Of a DNA stretch of 64,000 bases, positions 1 to 9,044 are shown one piece after another. The translations under genes were made by a program, and so were the position numbers. Source of the stretch: Candidatus Woesearchaeota archaeon (GTDB taxonomy: Archaea; Nanobdellota; Nanobdellia; Woesearchaeales; JABGUJ01); assembly GCA_018646625.1 (NCBI GenBank), contig JABGUJ010000002.1, forward strand, positions 100,843 through 164,842. Direction: 5' to 3'. Numbering within the stretch: position 1 is the first letter of the stretch; each line of letters begins with the position of its first letter. Under the pieces are notes generated by a model that worked only from the letters and a program-made list of their open reading frames with translations, did not search any database and was not told where the DNA came from.

Positions 1-62
1 AACTACACTTTGATGTTCGGAAAGTTATTGAAGAAGAAAAAGATATCATATATATAATATAA

Positions 63-983
63 TTATCTCTTAGATTTCTTAGTAGCCTTAGGTTTTTTAA
101 TATCTTTCTTGTAAACTATAGTTCTGTAAGGGTAAGGTATCTCAATCCTTTCTTTGTCAAATGCTTTCTTAATTGACTCAGTAAGATCGCATTTCATAGA
201 AAACCCTGTTGGTTGATCAGGTGCCCAGAAATAAAGTGTTAACTCAATACCATTATCACTGCATTTTTTAACTCTGACTTTTCCTTTTCTCTCAACATCA
301 ATAACACGTCCTTGAGTATTGTGTTTCGCATAAGAATCAGGATGTTTCTCAACTTCACTCAACATTATGTTCCTTGCCAAGTCAATACTTGAATCATAAC
401 TTATAGTCATATCAATAGTATAAATAACTGTATCATCTTCTAATGAATAATTTGTAATCTTTGTTTCAGTTATTTGAGCATTAGGAACAACTAGTCTTTT
501 GTTATCCCATGTTTTTATTATGGTGTGCCGTAAAGTAATATCTTCGACATCACCTAACTCCCCTTCAAACTCTAATCTATCTCCGACATGAAATGGTTCT
601 GAAGTTGCTATGAATATGCCCGCAATAATATTAGAGAATGCTTTCTGTGTTGCGAAACCTATAACGATGGCAAAAATACCCGCTCCTGCAAATAATGAAT
701 ACGATAATGCTTTTAATCCTGGTATTGAAACAACAACAAAACCAAAACCGACTACATATATCGCAACCATGAAAAGTCTTCTAATAACTGCAAATCGGGT
801 CTTGTCCGCTTTTATTTCACGAGCAGTCTTGTAGTGACGATCGATCATAGCTCTCTGAGCTCTTTCAAATGATTTTCTTAATAAATTATTTAGAATGTGA
901 GCAACAAATACTGTTCCGATAAGAGTCACTACCGGAACTAATATTCTCATAACTAGGTCCCAAGTAATGTTCCACTCCACCAT
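63..983 (-). CDS. Small-conductance mechanosensitive channel (MscS family)
   Basis: N-terminal TM helices followed by the MscS beta-domain pattern (GIFIATSEPFHVGDRLEF, GELGDVEDITLRHTIIKTWDNKRLVVPN). Confidence 0.7.
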   Translation of the reverse strand: MVEWNITWDLVMRILVPVVTLIGTVFVAHILNNLLRKSFERAQRAMIDRHYKTAREIKADKTRFAVIRRLFMVAIYVVGFGFVVVSIPGLKALSYSLFAGAGIFAIVIGFATQKAFSNIIAGIFIATSEPFHVGDRLEFEGELGDVEDITLRHTIIKTWDNKRLVVPNAQITETKITNYSLEDDTVIYTIDMTISYDSSIDLARNIMLSEVEKHPDSYAKHNTQGRVIDVERKGKVRVKKCSDNGIELTLYFWAPDQPTGFSMKCDLTESIKKAFDKERIEIPYPYRTIVYKKDIKKPKATKKSKR

Positions 984-1028
984 GAGAATAGTTCTAGAAA
1001 ACTAGGTATATAAAGAATTATGAGTACT

Positions 1029-2240
1029 TTATAATGGGAATTCGCTTACTCTTAACGGAATCGCATATCGCCTCATAGTAACCAACTGTTCAATATCAAT
1101 ATCTCTTGTACACAATGCAATTTTAGGTCTGGCTTCATCAAGTATCATCCCATCAGGACCGTCATAAGTTAAAATCTCTCTTCTAATCATATGCTGAGGT
1201 AATCCAATCATAGAATCAGGATATCCTCCCCCCTCAATTTCTTTGCACCAATAAGCTACCGAACCAATAGTAGCAAGAGAATGAGCAAGCCTAACAACAC
1301 CCGCATCCGTACAACTATTATCATCCAGTTTTGCTTGGAAAATCCCGTTCATTTCCTCAGTAGAATGATCATATGCACATTCTGTCGCCAAGTTATCAAA
1401 CATAATCATAAATGCATTCCTCAAATTACCCTCTCTCAGTCTACTTTGTCTTCGTCCAGTTGGATCATAATTAATAGAATAAATACCACTATATTTTGAT
1501 CGCAATCCAGCCATTACTTGTCCGGATTCTCTAGATAAATCCCTCATTGTTCTATTCAATAATATTCTAAGTGATGCTATATGAACATGCGAAGTCTCAA
1601 CTCCTTCGCCTTCTCTTAAATTAATTAATTGTTCATGCGCAATAGAATTAACAACATCAGTTGCGATTTTTGCAGTAAGTAATGCCCTTTCTGCACCACC
1701 TTTATATTGCATTTCTTGATGCTCATAATGATTTGCAACCAAAATCCCGATGCTTTGATATACATCATCAAATTTACTACACACTGCTTGTAGAGCCATT
1801 CTTTTTGTTAAAACCTTACACAGATCATCAAGTAATCTTCCTTCGTGATCATCCTCATCAGCTTCAGGAATATCAAATAGTAGCTTCTCATTTCCAATAG
1901 CGAGTAGAAATCTTTCCGCAGTAGTTAGAAATTGAGAAAGATACCTAAACTTAGACCCTCTAACGCCATTTAGTTGATCAAACTCCCTTACAATACCAGT
2001 ACTAGTTGCAAATCTCATTCCATCGACTTGTAGTTCTACAAGTCTATCAAGAGTCTTTTGAGAATCAATAAATGATGAATCAATAACTGCAAAAGTCGGT
2101 CTGCCGTTTACAAGCGCAGAAATCTCACCACCATAAACAACTAATCCTGTATCAATATCTACAGGACTAACTACAGGTAAGTCTCTTGCGTTCCCCAAAA
2201 CTTTTTCAGCATTAAAAGGCATAATACTCACTATCTCCAA
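1029..2240 (-). CDS. Hypothetical protein (403 aa), with a weak actin/HSP70-fold-like N-terminal motif
   Basis: Long ORF with locally higher GC than its surroundings and no family motif I can assign. The N-terminal IDTGLVVYGGE stretch is only vaguely like a sugar-kinase/actin phosphate-1 loop. Confidence 0.3.
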   Translation of the reverse strand: MEIVSIMPFNAEKVLGNARDLPVVSPVDIDTGLVVYGGEISALVNGRPTFAVIDSSFIDSQKTLDRLVELQVDGMRFATSTGIVREFDQLNGVRGSKFRYLSQFLTTAERFLLAIGNEKLLFDIPEADEDDHEGRLLDDLCKVLTKRMALQAVCSKFDDVYQSIGILVANHYEHQEMQYKGGAERALLTAKIATDVVNSIAHEQLINLREGEGVETSHVHIASLRILLNRTMRDLSRESGQVMAGLRSKYSGIYSINYDPTGRRQSRLREGNLRNAFMIMFDNLATECAYDHSTEEMNGIFQAKLDDNSCTDAGVVRLAHSLATIGSVAYWCKEIEGGGYPDSMIGLPQHMIRREILTYDGPDGMILDEARPKIALCTRDIDIEQLVTMRRYAIPLRVSEFPL

Positions 2241-2437
2241 TCTGCGGCTAGCCTCCTGCGCGATAAGTAACGCCGTTATTTAAATATCTTCCTTATATTG
2301 TATTTATTCGGGAGAATTAGAGCTTGAGAGTAATAAAAACATTTAAAAATAGAGAATTAATCCAAAGAAACGGAGATGTGGGTAGTGGCTTACCTGAATC
2401 CAATAAGTAACAAATTATATCGAATGGAGGCCTAAAA

Positions 2438-3010
2438 ATGGGTTATTTGAAATACATTAAGGACCTATGGAAAAAACCGAAGGCAAATATGCCTGAGTTG
2501 ATGAAGGATCGTTTAATCGAATGGAGACAAGATCCGGTAACATTGAGAATTGAAAAGCCTACAAGGCTTGACAGAGCTCGTTCTTTAGGTTATAGAGCAA
2601 AACAAGGTTACATTGTTGTAAGACAAAAAGTAATCAGAGGATCGCATACTAGACCTGACATAAAACATGGTAGAAGATCGAAAAGATCTGGACAAAGAAA
2701 AGATTTGTCTATTAGCTATCAAGTTATTGCAGAACGAAGAGCGAATCTTAAATTTAAAAATTGCGAAGTTCTAAATTCTTACCTTGTTGCAAAGGATGGA
2801 AGATATGCTTGGTATGAAATTATCTTAGTTGATAGAGAGCATCCATCTATTAAAGCAGATAAAAGAATTTCTTGGGTATCTAAGAAGAAAGGTAGAGCTG
2901 TACGTGGTTTGACATCTGCAGGACGAAAGTCTAGAGGCCTTAGAAATAAAGGTAAAGGTGCAGAGAAAATTAGACCAAGTATGAGAGCTAATAAAAGAAC
3001 AGCAAAATAA
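2438..3010 (+). CDS. rpl15e: Ribosomal protein L15e
   Basis: Matches eL15 along its length (YIKDLWKKP...[14 protein letters not shown]...[17 protein letters not shown]). Confidence 0.85.
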   Translation: MGYLKYIKDLWKKPKANMPELMKDRLIEWRQDPVTLRIEKPTRLDRARSLGYRAKQGYIVVRQKVIRGSHTRPDIKHGRRSKRSGQRKDLSISYQVIAERRANLKFKNCEVLNSYLVAKDGRYAWYEIILVDREHPSIKADKRISWVSKKKGRAVRGLTSAGRKSRGLRNKGKGAEKIRPSMRANKRTAK

Positions 3011-3029
3011 TTTTGCTTCTTTTTCTTTT

Positions 3030-3287
3030 TTATTCTATTAATTTATAGACAGTATTACCTTCTTTAACTTCTTCTTTCACTTTCATGCCAATATCCTGTC
3101 CAGAACTTGCATTCTTAATCTCATTACGATCAATCTGCATAGAATTAACAGATTGTTCAAAAGTACTACCATCACTTCGTTCAATAAGAATATTATCTCC
3201 AACGTCAAGCGAGCCACTTAACATAACAACTGCGACATTTAGTTTGCTAAAGAAGTGAGTTATTTTTCCTATTTCTTTTTTCTCCAT
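3030..3287 (-). CDS. Small beta-barrel protein, EF-Tu domain-2-like (putative translation-associated factor)
   Basis: 85 aa with a GKITHFFSKLNVAVVMLSGSLDVGDNILI pattern typical of stand-alone EF-Tu domain-2-like proteins; lies next to rpl15e. Confidence 0.35.
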   Translation of the reverse strand: MEKKEIGKITHFFSKLNVAVVMLSGSLDVGDNILIERSDGSTFEQSVNSMQIDRNEIKNASSGQDIGMKVKEEVKEGNTVYKLIE

Positions 3288-3323
3288 TCATACCACCAGT
3301 ATGTAATATGTTCTTGAAGTTTA

Positions 3324-3878
3324 TTAAGATAATGGTTTTATGCCTAATGCTTCAATAATTTCTGAAACCACATCTTCCGGAACTCTTTCAGTTGTATCGA
3401 CCCTCAATACGTGATCAAATCTAGATAAATAATGGTCGTACATATCGCCAATCTTTTTTTGATGTTCAACATTTTCACGTTCAGCACGGCCAGGCCTTTG
3501 CTCAACATATCTTTTTTCAATCTCTTCCCAAGATGCAGTAACATGAATAATACAGTCTGGCTGAACTAGATCAGGAGGCATCTCTAAAACCTGATCTAAC
3601 AAAACAGAGTGCTCAGTCAAAGTAGAATAAACATACCTATCCACTACAACATCTCGTTCTTTAAGCAAGTCAGAAATTTCCGCAGAAGATAAGTGATTTC
3701 CTAACGTGTAGAACCCCAACCTAGATGTAGGTGATGAGAAATCGGCAAACTTGCGTAAAGATCTCATCGATTCGGGAGGGGATGCGTAATATACTGCACC
3801 TATCCTTTCCGCCAAACCTTCGGCCAGCGTAGTCTTTCCAGCACCATCCACGCCTTCAAATAAGTAAAATCGACCCAT
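3324..3878 (-). CDS. tmk: Thymidylate kinase
   Basis: P-loop FEGVDGAGKTT and dTMP kinase layout. The track ORF extends to 3932; the internal Met (MGRFYLFEG) is the likelier start. Confidence 0.75.
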   Translation of the reverse strand: MGRFYLFEGVDGAGKTTLAEGLAERIGAVYYASPPESMRSLRKFADFSSPTSRLGFYTLGNHLSSAEISDLLKERDVVVDRYVYSTLTEHSVLLDQVLEMPPDLVQPDCIIHVTASWEEIEKRYVEQRPGRAERENVEHQKKIGDMYDHYLSRFDHVLRVDTTERVPEDVVSEIIEALGIKPLS

Positions 3879-3918
3879 GGCGGTGTTGCCACTGCACAGT
3901 TTAAAAATCTTTCGAGAA

Positions 3919-4581
3919 TTAAAGCTGACCAATTACCTTGCGTATTGCATCAAACTCATCATCAAATATGTGCGCAGAAGGAGATAATGTAGTTAATTTA
4001 CCAATCTTTACTGCAAGTTTCTTAGCCACATATTTCTGCAGGGTATAAATCTGATAAACATTAGCAGGCCAACCAAAGAACATTTCATTACTTCTTACAA
4101 ATGCAAAAACATTTAGTCGATCATTTCTAAGTTTAAAATCAATTAAACACAAACTGGGGACCAATTTCCGTTCAGGATTAGCATCTTCTTGAGGATCCCA
4201 GAGAATACTCACCGCACGCCTAGATGTAGGATCTTTTTCAAGTACGGGTATAACATAATCATCAATTTGATTGATTTTTTTTCTAAAACTAAATAACGAA
4301 GGACCATAACTATATGTGTACACAGGAGATAATTTCTTAGTTAGTATGATGTTAGCAATCTCATCAAGAGGTGGATAAACCCATTTATTGAATCCATTCA
4401 ACATTTCAATAGGTCTTGTAACGTCAGGTGCCGGACTTCTAATTTCAACTAAAAGATTAAGCAACTCTCTACATTTTCGTTTATTTGTATCTTGAAAGTC
4501 ATCACCATTATCAAGTATGGCTTTAAGTGCAACTTTCCAAGCATCCGTTGTTGTTTCTGAGACTATTTCCATTTTATTCAA
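3919..4581 (-). CDS. thyA: Thymidylate synthase (short archaeal ThyA type)
   Basis: RRAVSILWDP matches ThyA RRIIVSAWNP. VPSLCL...VRSNEMFFGWPANVYQIYTL matches the PCH...QRSxDxxLGxPFNIASY catalytic-Cys region. Confidence 0.65.
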   Translation of the reverse strand: MNKMEIVSETTTDAWKVALKAILDNGDDFQDTNKRKCRELLNLLVEIRSPAPDVTRPIEMLNGFNKWVYPPLDEIANIILTKKLSPVYTYSYGPSLFSFRKKINQIDDYVIPVLEKDPTSRRAVSILWDPQEDANPERKLVPSLCLIDFKLRNDRLNVFAFVRSNEMFFGWPANVYQIYTLQKYVAKKLAVKIGKLTTLSPSAHIFDDEFDAIRKVIGQL

Positions 4582-6190
4582 TAAATGAGGTTAGTTTTAG
4601 ATTTGCACCTCTTATATCTCCAAAGTCATAACAATATAAAGGAATGTTATAGGAGTTTAGTAAAACTCCAAACTCTCTTATAATTTCATCAACTTCAATT
4701 GTACCAGAACGATAGATTCTTAGTCTATCTCCGCCATCAAATATCTGAAATATTTTCTCTTTAGCTTTAAGTGATTCTTTAAACGCAGGAAGATACATAT
4801 CTTCTAGACTTCTAACTTGTATCTTAGTAAATTTTTCTGAACTAAACTCTCGCTCATTAAACTCTTTGAACGCACAAGAAAACAATATTCTAAACCTAAT
4901 AGGCATACCACATGCAAGATAAATTGATTCTTGAGATCTACAGAAGGCATTAATTTCTTCAGAACAACTTTTAATCAAGTTAACAACAAGATCAGGATCT
5001 ACTTTCTCTTGTTTCCAACCATAGTTCCAGAATCTGATATAGTTTTTACTAAGATAGAAGAACTGCCTCTCAAAATCCTTATTCATGGATATAATGTTCT
5101 TGAAATATTCTTCACTCTTATTTCTCTGAAGAGAGTTTGCAAACAATAATGATTTAGCAACAGTTGTAACAAAAGGACGAAACTGATTCATACCAAGCTC
5201 TTTAAGAAACTTATCAACATCAATAGCGATAGTACTCTGAGAACAAGCTATACCTTTTGCCCTATCGCGATAACGCAATTCATAAGATGCCCATTCTTTA
5301 TCTTCAAAAGTATAAGGTCCTGCACGTCCAAGCATATATGGAGATTTATGAAGTTCAGTGTTTTGAATATACATTCTAATCTTTGAACGAGCAAACACTG
5401 CGATAACTTTTGAGAGAACTTTAGAGTTTTCTTGCAGATCTTTAAAATTCATTGCAAAAACGAAACTTATTTGGTCAATAGATATTCTTCTCGTCGACTC
5501 AAGATACTCAAGAACATTTATACTCTTAGGAGGTATTATATTCTTCATGTTAATTATGCAAGTTATTTCTTTTCCATAATCAACACATTCTGATTCAAGT
5601 TTATTGAAGAATGACAAGATATCCTCAGAAGATGAGTTCATTAAGAAAAATTCAAAATCATTCAAACCTACAACATCATTCACATTTGTAAAACAAAGCG
5701 ATATTGCCTGAAATAAATCATCCAGAGAACCATACGCACAACACTCAAGTAAAACTGCGTTAAGCCTATCGATCCAAGTTGCAGGCTCATACTTAAAACT
5801 AATACCTTTTCGTTCATAACCTTCAATGGGCATACCTGGAATAGAAGGTCTACTTATGATGAGTTTTTTTTTGTATTTTCCAATATGGACTTCTTCACCT
5901 TCGGCAATAGTGAGTGTAAAGTACTTTTCGCCCTTAACACCTTCTTTAGTTATACGAAGAACCTTTTCAGCTACAAGTTTGTTTAGATAATAGAGAGTTT
6001 TTCTATGAAGTTGCGCTTTGAGATGTTTAGCATTATTTATTCTATCATTGTCTTGTATGATATTATCAAAATCATCACGAATTTTTTGATATTCTTCAGG
6101 AAATATTGCTTTTACAATCTTAGTAGTAGATAACTCAGAAGAAGGACTTCCTTTAAACAAATTGAGTATGTCATACTCTGTTTTTCTCAT
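4574..6190 (-). CDS. Hypothetical protein (538 aa) with a possible N-terminal winged-helix domain
   Basis: Long ORF with consistent coding bias and no recognisable catalytic motif. Transcribed divergently from the Lrp regulator gene. Confidence 0.4.
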   Translation of the reverse strand: MRKTEYDILNLFKGSPSSELSTTKIVKAIFPEEYQKIRDDFDNIIQDNDRINNAKHLKAQLHRKTLYYLNKLVAEKVLRITKEGVKGEKYFTLTIAEGEEVHIGKYKKKLIISRPSIPGMPIEGYERKGISFKYEPATWIDRLNAVLLECCAYGSLDDLFQAISLCFTNVNDVVGLNDFEFFLMNSSSEDILSFFNKLESECVDYGKEITCIINMKNIIPPKSINVLEYLESTRRISIDQISFVFAMNFKDLQENSKVLSKVIAVFARSKIRMYIQNTELHKSPYMLGRAGPYTFEDKEWASYELRYRDRAKGIACSQSTIAIDVDKFLKELGMNQFRPFVTTVAKSLLFANSLQRNKSEEYFKNIISMNKDFERQFFYLSKNYIRFWNYGWKQEKVDPDLVVNLIKSCSEEINAFCRSQESIYLACGMPIRFRILFSCAFKEFNEREFSSEKFTKIQVRSLEDMYLPAFKESLKAKEKIFQIFDGGDRLRIYRSGTIEVDEIIREFGVLLNSYNIPLYCYDFGDIRGANLKLTSFIE

Positions 6191-6322
6191 GTTTCAGACT
6201 TTTCCGCCCTTTCGCCGGACAAGGCTTTCTTTAGGTTTATAAAGAGTATAAACTATATAAAATTTTCTGTTTCAGAGAATAGGCCGGAAAACCACCCGAA
6301 AATCTTCCAGTATTTAAATGAT

Positions 6323-6339
6323 TCAGAGAAACCCTGAAT
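6323..6339. promoter_or_regulatory. Palindrome TTCAG-N7-CTGAA upstream of the Lrp-family gene
   Basis: ttcagagaaaccctgaa read directly. Further TTTCAGA/TCTGAAA copies sit at 6271-6279 and 6341-6349. Confidence 0.45.
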
Positions 6340-6371
6340 CTTTCAGAAAATATTGCGAAATAAGGTTTATA

Positions 6372-6390
6372 TTTCAGGAAAACTCTGAAA
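6372..6390. promoter_or_regulatory. Palindrome TTTCAG-N7-CTGAAA overlapping a TATA-like box, ~30 nt upstream of the Lrp gene start
   Basis: tttcaggaaaactctgaaa, adjacent to ggtttatattt. A probable autoregulatory operator. Confidence 0.45.
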
Positions 6391-6420
6391 TACGTAAACC
6401 AGTCAGGGGGTGGATTCAAT

Positions 6421-6888
6421 ATGGGCTTTAATCAAAAAGAATTATTGATTATGTCTCATCTTAGGGAGAATTCTAGAAAGAATTTAACTAAGATAAGTAA
6501 AGAAACCAAAATAGCAGTTTCTACAATCTTTGATAAGATTAAGAAATATGAAGGCGGAATAATAAAGAAACATACCTGCATCTTGGATTTTACAAAGCTA
6601 GGATTTGATGTAAGAGTCAAAATGATCCTTAAGTGTCCTAGACCTAATAGAGATGAAATACAAGAATTTCTTGTAAGACATCCAAGAGTTAACTCAGTAT
6701 ACAAAATAAACAATGGCTACGACTTCTTGATTGAAGGGATCTTTAGACATATGAAAGATCTCAGCGAGTTTACTGAAAAATTGGATGGATACAAAGTGAA
6801 AGATAGACACGAGTATTTTGTACTAGAGGATCTAAAAATCGAGTCGTTCCTTAGCGATCCGTCTTATATTGAGATGGTAGGCATTTAG
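6421..6888 (+). CDS. Lrp/AsnC-family transcriptional regulator
   Basis: N-terminal HTH (LTKISKETKIAVSTIFDKIKK) plus a C-terminal RAM-like domain; size is typical of the family. Confidence 0.7.
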   Translation: MGFNQKELLIMSHLRENSRKNLTKISKETKIAVSTIFDKIKKYEGGIIKKHTCILDFTKLGFDVRVKMILKCPRPNRDEIQEFLVRHPRVNSVYKINNGYDFLIEGIFRHMKDLSEFTEKLDGYKVKDRHEYFVLEDLKIESFLSDPSYIEMVGI

Positions 6889-6892
6889 ATAT

Positions 6893-6904
6893 ATCTTCGA
6901 AGAT
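6893..6904. promoter_or_regulatory. Perfect 12 nt palindrome ATCTTCGAAGAT between the two Lrp genes
   Basis: Read directly. A related half-site ATCATCGAAAAGAT lies at about 6990-7003, and ATCTCCGA(T/A)A copies at 6911-6920 and 6931-6940. Confidence 0.35.
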
Positions 6905-7056
6905 AGGAATATCTCCGATAGGAGTTAGAATCTCTCCGAAAATGACCGAGTGAATCGAATAATCTCACAATATGTTCGGATTGCGTTCGAGATCATCGAA
7001 AAGATTTCAGAATTTTTGCAAGAACAGTTATTAAGGATAATGACCTATATGCTCGC

Positions 7057-7491
7057 ATGGGAAAAATAGTAATTGAAAAAAAAGACATCGACATCTTAGA
7101 CATATTAAGAATCAATGCAAGATCTAGTTTATCAGATATAAGCAGAGAGACAAATATTCCATTATCTACAGTATTTGATAGAGTTAGACGTGTGGAATCT
7201 AATCTTATTAAGAAATATACTTCTTTTATCGACTTCGGCAATATAGGTGTAAGAAACAAAAGAGGACTAATAATTACTGGAGAAATGCCCGAATTGAAGA
7301 GTCACAGCATAAACAAAATAATGCGATTAGATGAGGGTAGACTGTTTATTGAGCTTTGTCATAATTCCCAGAACTCAGTTAAAGAATTTGATGAAGAGAT
7401 GAAAAAGAGTAAATGTTCAATTCTGCATGATTTCGAATATGAACCTATTGTTGAAGAAAAAATAATACCCAGTACATTGTTTAATGAATAG
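7057..7491 (+). CDS. Lrp/AsnC-family transcriptional regulator (second tandem paralog)
   Basis: HTH LSDISRETNIPLSTVFDRVRR followed by a RAM-like C-terminus. Confidence 0.65.
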   Translation: MGKIVIEKKDIDILDILRINARSSLSDISRETNIPLSTVFDRVRRVESNLIKKYTSFIDFGNIGVRNKRGLIITGEMPELKSHSINKIMRLDEGRLFIELCHNSQNSVKEFDEEMKKSKCSILHDFEYEPIVEEKIIPSTLFNE

Positions 7492-7553
7492 AAATTCTTT
7501 GAAAACATTTAAATACGCACCCAACAGCAAGTACATTAAAAAGAGGTGTTAGT

Positions 7554-9041
7554 GTGCCAGGCAAGGAGTTAGTCGATTATATAGTAAATGAGCTTAATTC
7601 TGGATATTCTGCACCTCAATTAAGACAATATTTGATTTCTAAAGGTTACAACATAAGAGATGTAGATCAAGCAATTAGAGCTGCAGAATCTTACCTTATC
7701 AGACCACCCACACAACAAGGCCAGGATGCACTTCAGGATGTTGTTCAGCACTACTTAGAACAAGGTCAAGATGTTAATCTAATAAGAAACAGATTACAAT
7801 CACAAGGATACAATTCAGTAGATATTGATAGCGCACTAGGAGTCAAACAAGAAACTAAGAGAAAAATAAACATAATGCCAATTGCAGTTATTGTTATGTT
7901 TATAGCATTCGTTTCATTTGGAGGGTTTGTTTTATTTAAAATCAAGGGGATTGAAGAACCTGATGTTAAACCATGGATGCAGTTAGATGTTGAATCAGAA
8001 TTACTTTCAAAACATCCAGAACCGGGAAAGAAAGCAATATTCACAGTAAAAGCAAGTAACTTAGGTACACTAAAAGGGTATGATATTAGATTTACATATT
8101 TGTTGACAGAAGTTAAGACAAGAAAAGTAATTCTATTTGAAGAAGAAGATAAAGCCATACAAACAACATTGAGTTTTGTGAAAGACTTCGATCTACCTAC
8201 ATATGTAAAACCAGGAAATTATTTATTTGAAGTTAAAGCTACTTATGTTAACACAACTGCAAAATCATCACAAGCATTCAGAATATATTCCGATTCTACA
8301 GAGCAGGATGAACCAGAGTGTACAGTTAATAGTGACTGCGAGAATGATGAGAAATGCGATAAAGGATTATGCATCCTTAGAGAAGATTTTGATTGTAGAG
8401 AAGATAGAGATTGTGAATTAGGGGAAGTGTGTAATGGTGGACAGTGCACAACAACCGAAGACCAACCAGAATGTTTCTTTAATAGTGATTGTGAAGATAA
8501 GGAAGAGTGTAAAAATGGATTGTGCACTTCAGTAATGCCGGATGGTGCGGAATGTTTAGTAAATAATGATTGCGGTACGAATCAAGTTTGTCAGAATCTT
8601 CAATGCATCTCAGTAGAGAACTTAGCTAATGTTTCATTAGAAGATATGACTGCAACCGATGTTAAGCTTTTAATTATAAAGTCTGCAGAAAACGACCCAA
8701 TAAAAGCGAAAGAGATTTGCGATCAATACAAGGGAGATTATATTGGTAATCTGTGCTTTATTTATCTATCGGAAGCCGCAAACAATCCAGAGTATTGTGA
8801 GTTTATTGAAGATGTAGACTCAAAAGAAAGATGCTTTGCTAGTTTCTTATATCACCATAACGACTTTACTGTGTGTGATCGATTAACCAAACCACAGAAC
8901 ATTAATTTTTGTGAAATGGCAAAGAGATTAAGTTTATTGAGTCAGTTTGGTAATTTATCAGGAGAAGTTCCTACTCAAGTTCTTGATTATCAGCAAGAAT
9001 CTGAAGAGGAAGAAGAACCTGTTGTTTATCAAGGAAACTGA
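7554..9041 (+). CDS. Membrane-anchored extracellular protein with tandem Cys-rich (C-x5-C...G-x-C) modules
   Basis: A cytoplasmic N-terminus is followed by a TM helix (IMPIAVIVMFIAFVSFGGFVLF). After it come five or more repeats of the type ECTVNSDCENDEKCDKGLC, FDCREDRDCELGEVCNGGQC, ECFFNSDCEDKEECKNGLC and ECLVNNDCGTNQVCQNLQC. Confidence 0.55.
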   Translation: MPGKELVDYIVNELNSGYSAPQLRQYLISKGYNIRDVDQAIRAAESYLIRPPTQQGQDALQDVVQHYLEQGQDVNLIRNRLQSQGYNSVDIDSALGVKQETKRKINIMPIAVIVMFIAFVSFGGFVLFKIKGIEEPDVKPWMQLDVESELLSKHPEPGKKAIFTVKASNLGTLKGYDIRFTYLLTEVKTRKVILFEEEDKAIQTTLSFVKDFDLPTYVKPGNYLFEVKATYVNTTAKSSQAFRIYSDSTEQDEPECTVNSDCENDEKCDKGLCILREDFDCREDRDCELGEVCNGGQCTTTEDQPECFFNSDCEDKEECKNGLCTSVMPDGAECLVNNDCGTNQVCQNLQCISVENLANVSLEDMTATDVKLLIIKSAENDPIKAKEICDQYKGDYIGNLCFIYLSEAANNPEYCEFIEDVDSKERCFASFLYHHNDFTVCDRLTKPQNINFCEMAKRLSLLSQFGNLSGEVPTQVLDYQQESEEEEEPVVYQGN

Positions 9042-9044
9042 ATT

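Noticed and set aside
8227-8527. Short ORFs on both strands inside the Cys-rich module gene
   Set aside because: They lie embedded in the longer, motif-rich 7554-9041 frame, so they are spurious.
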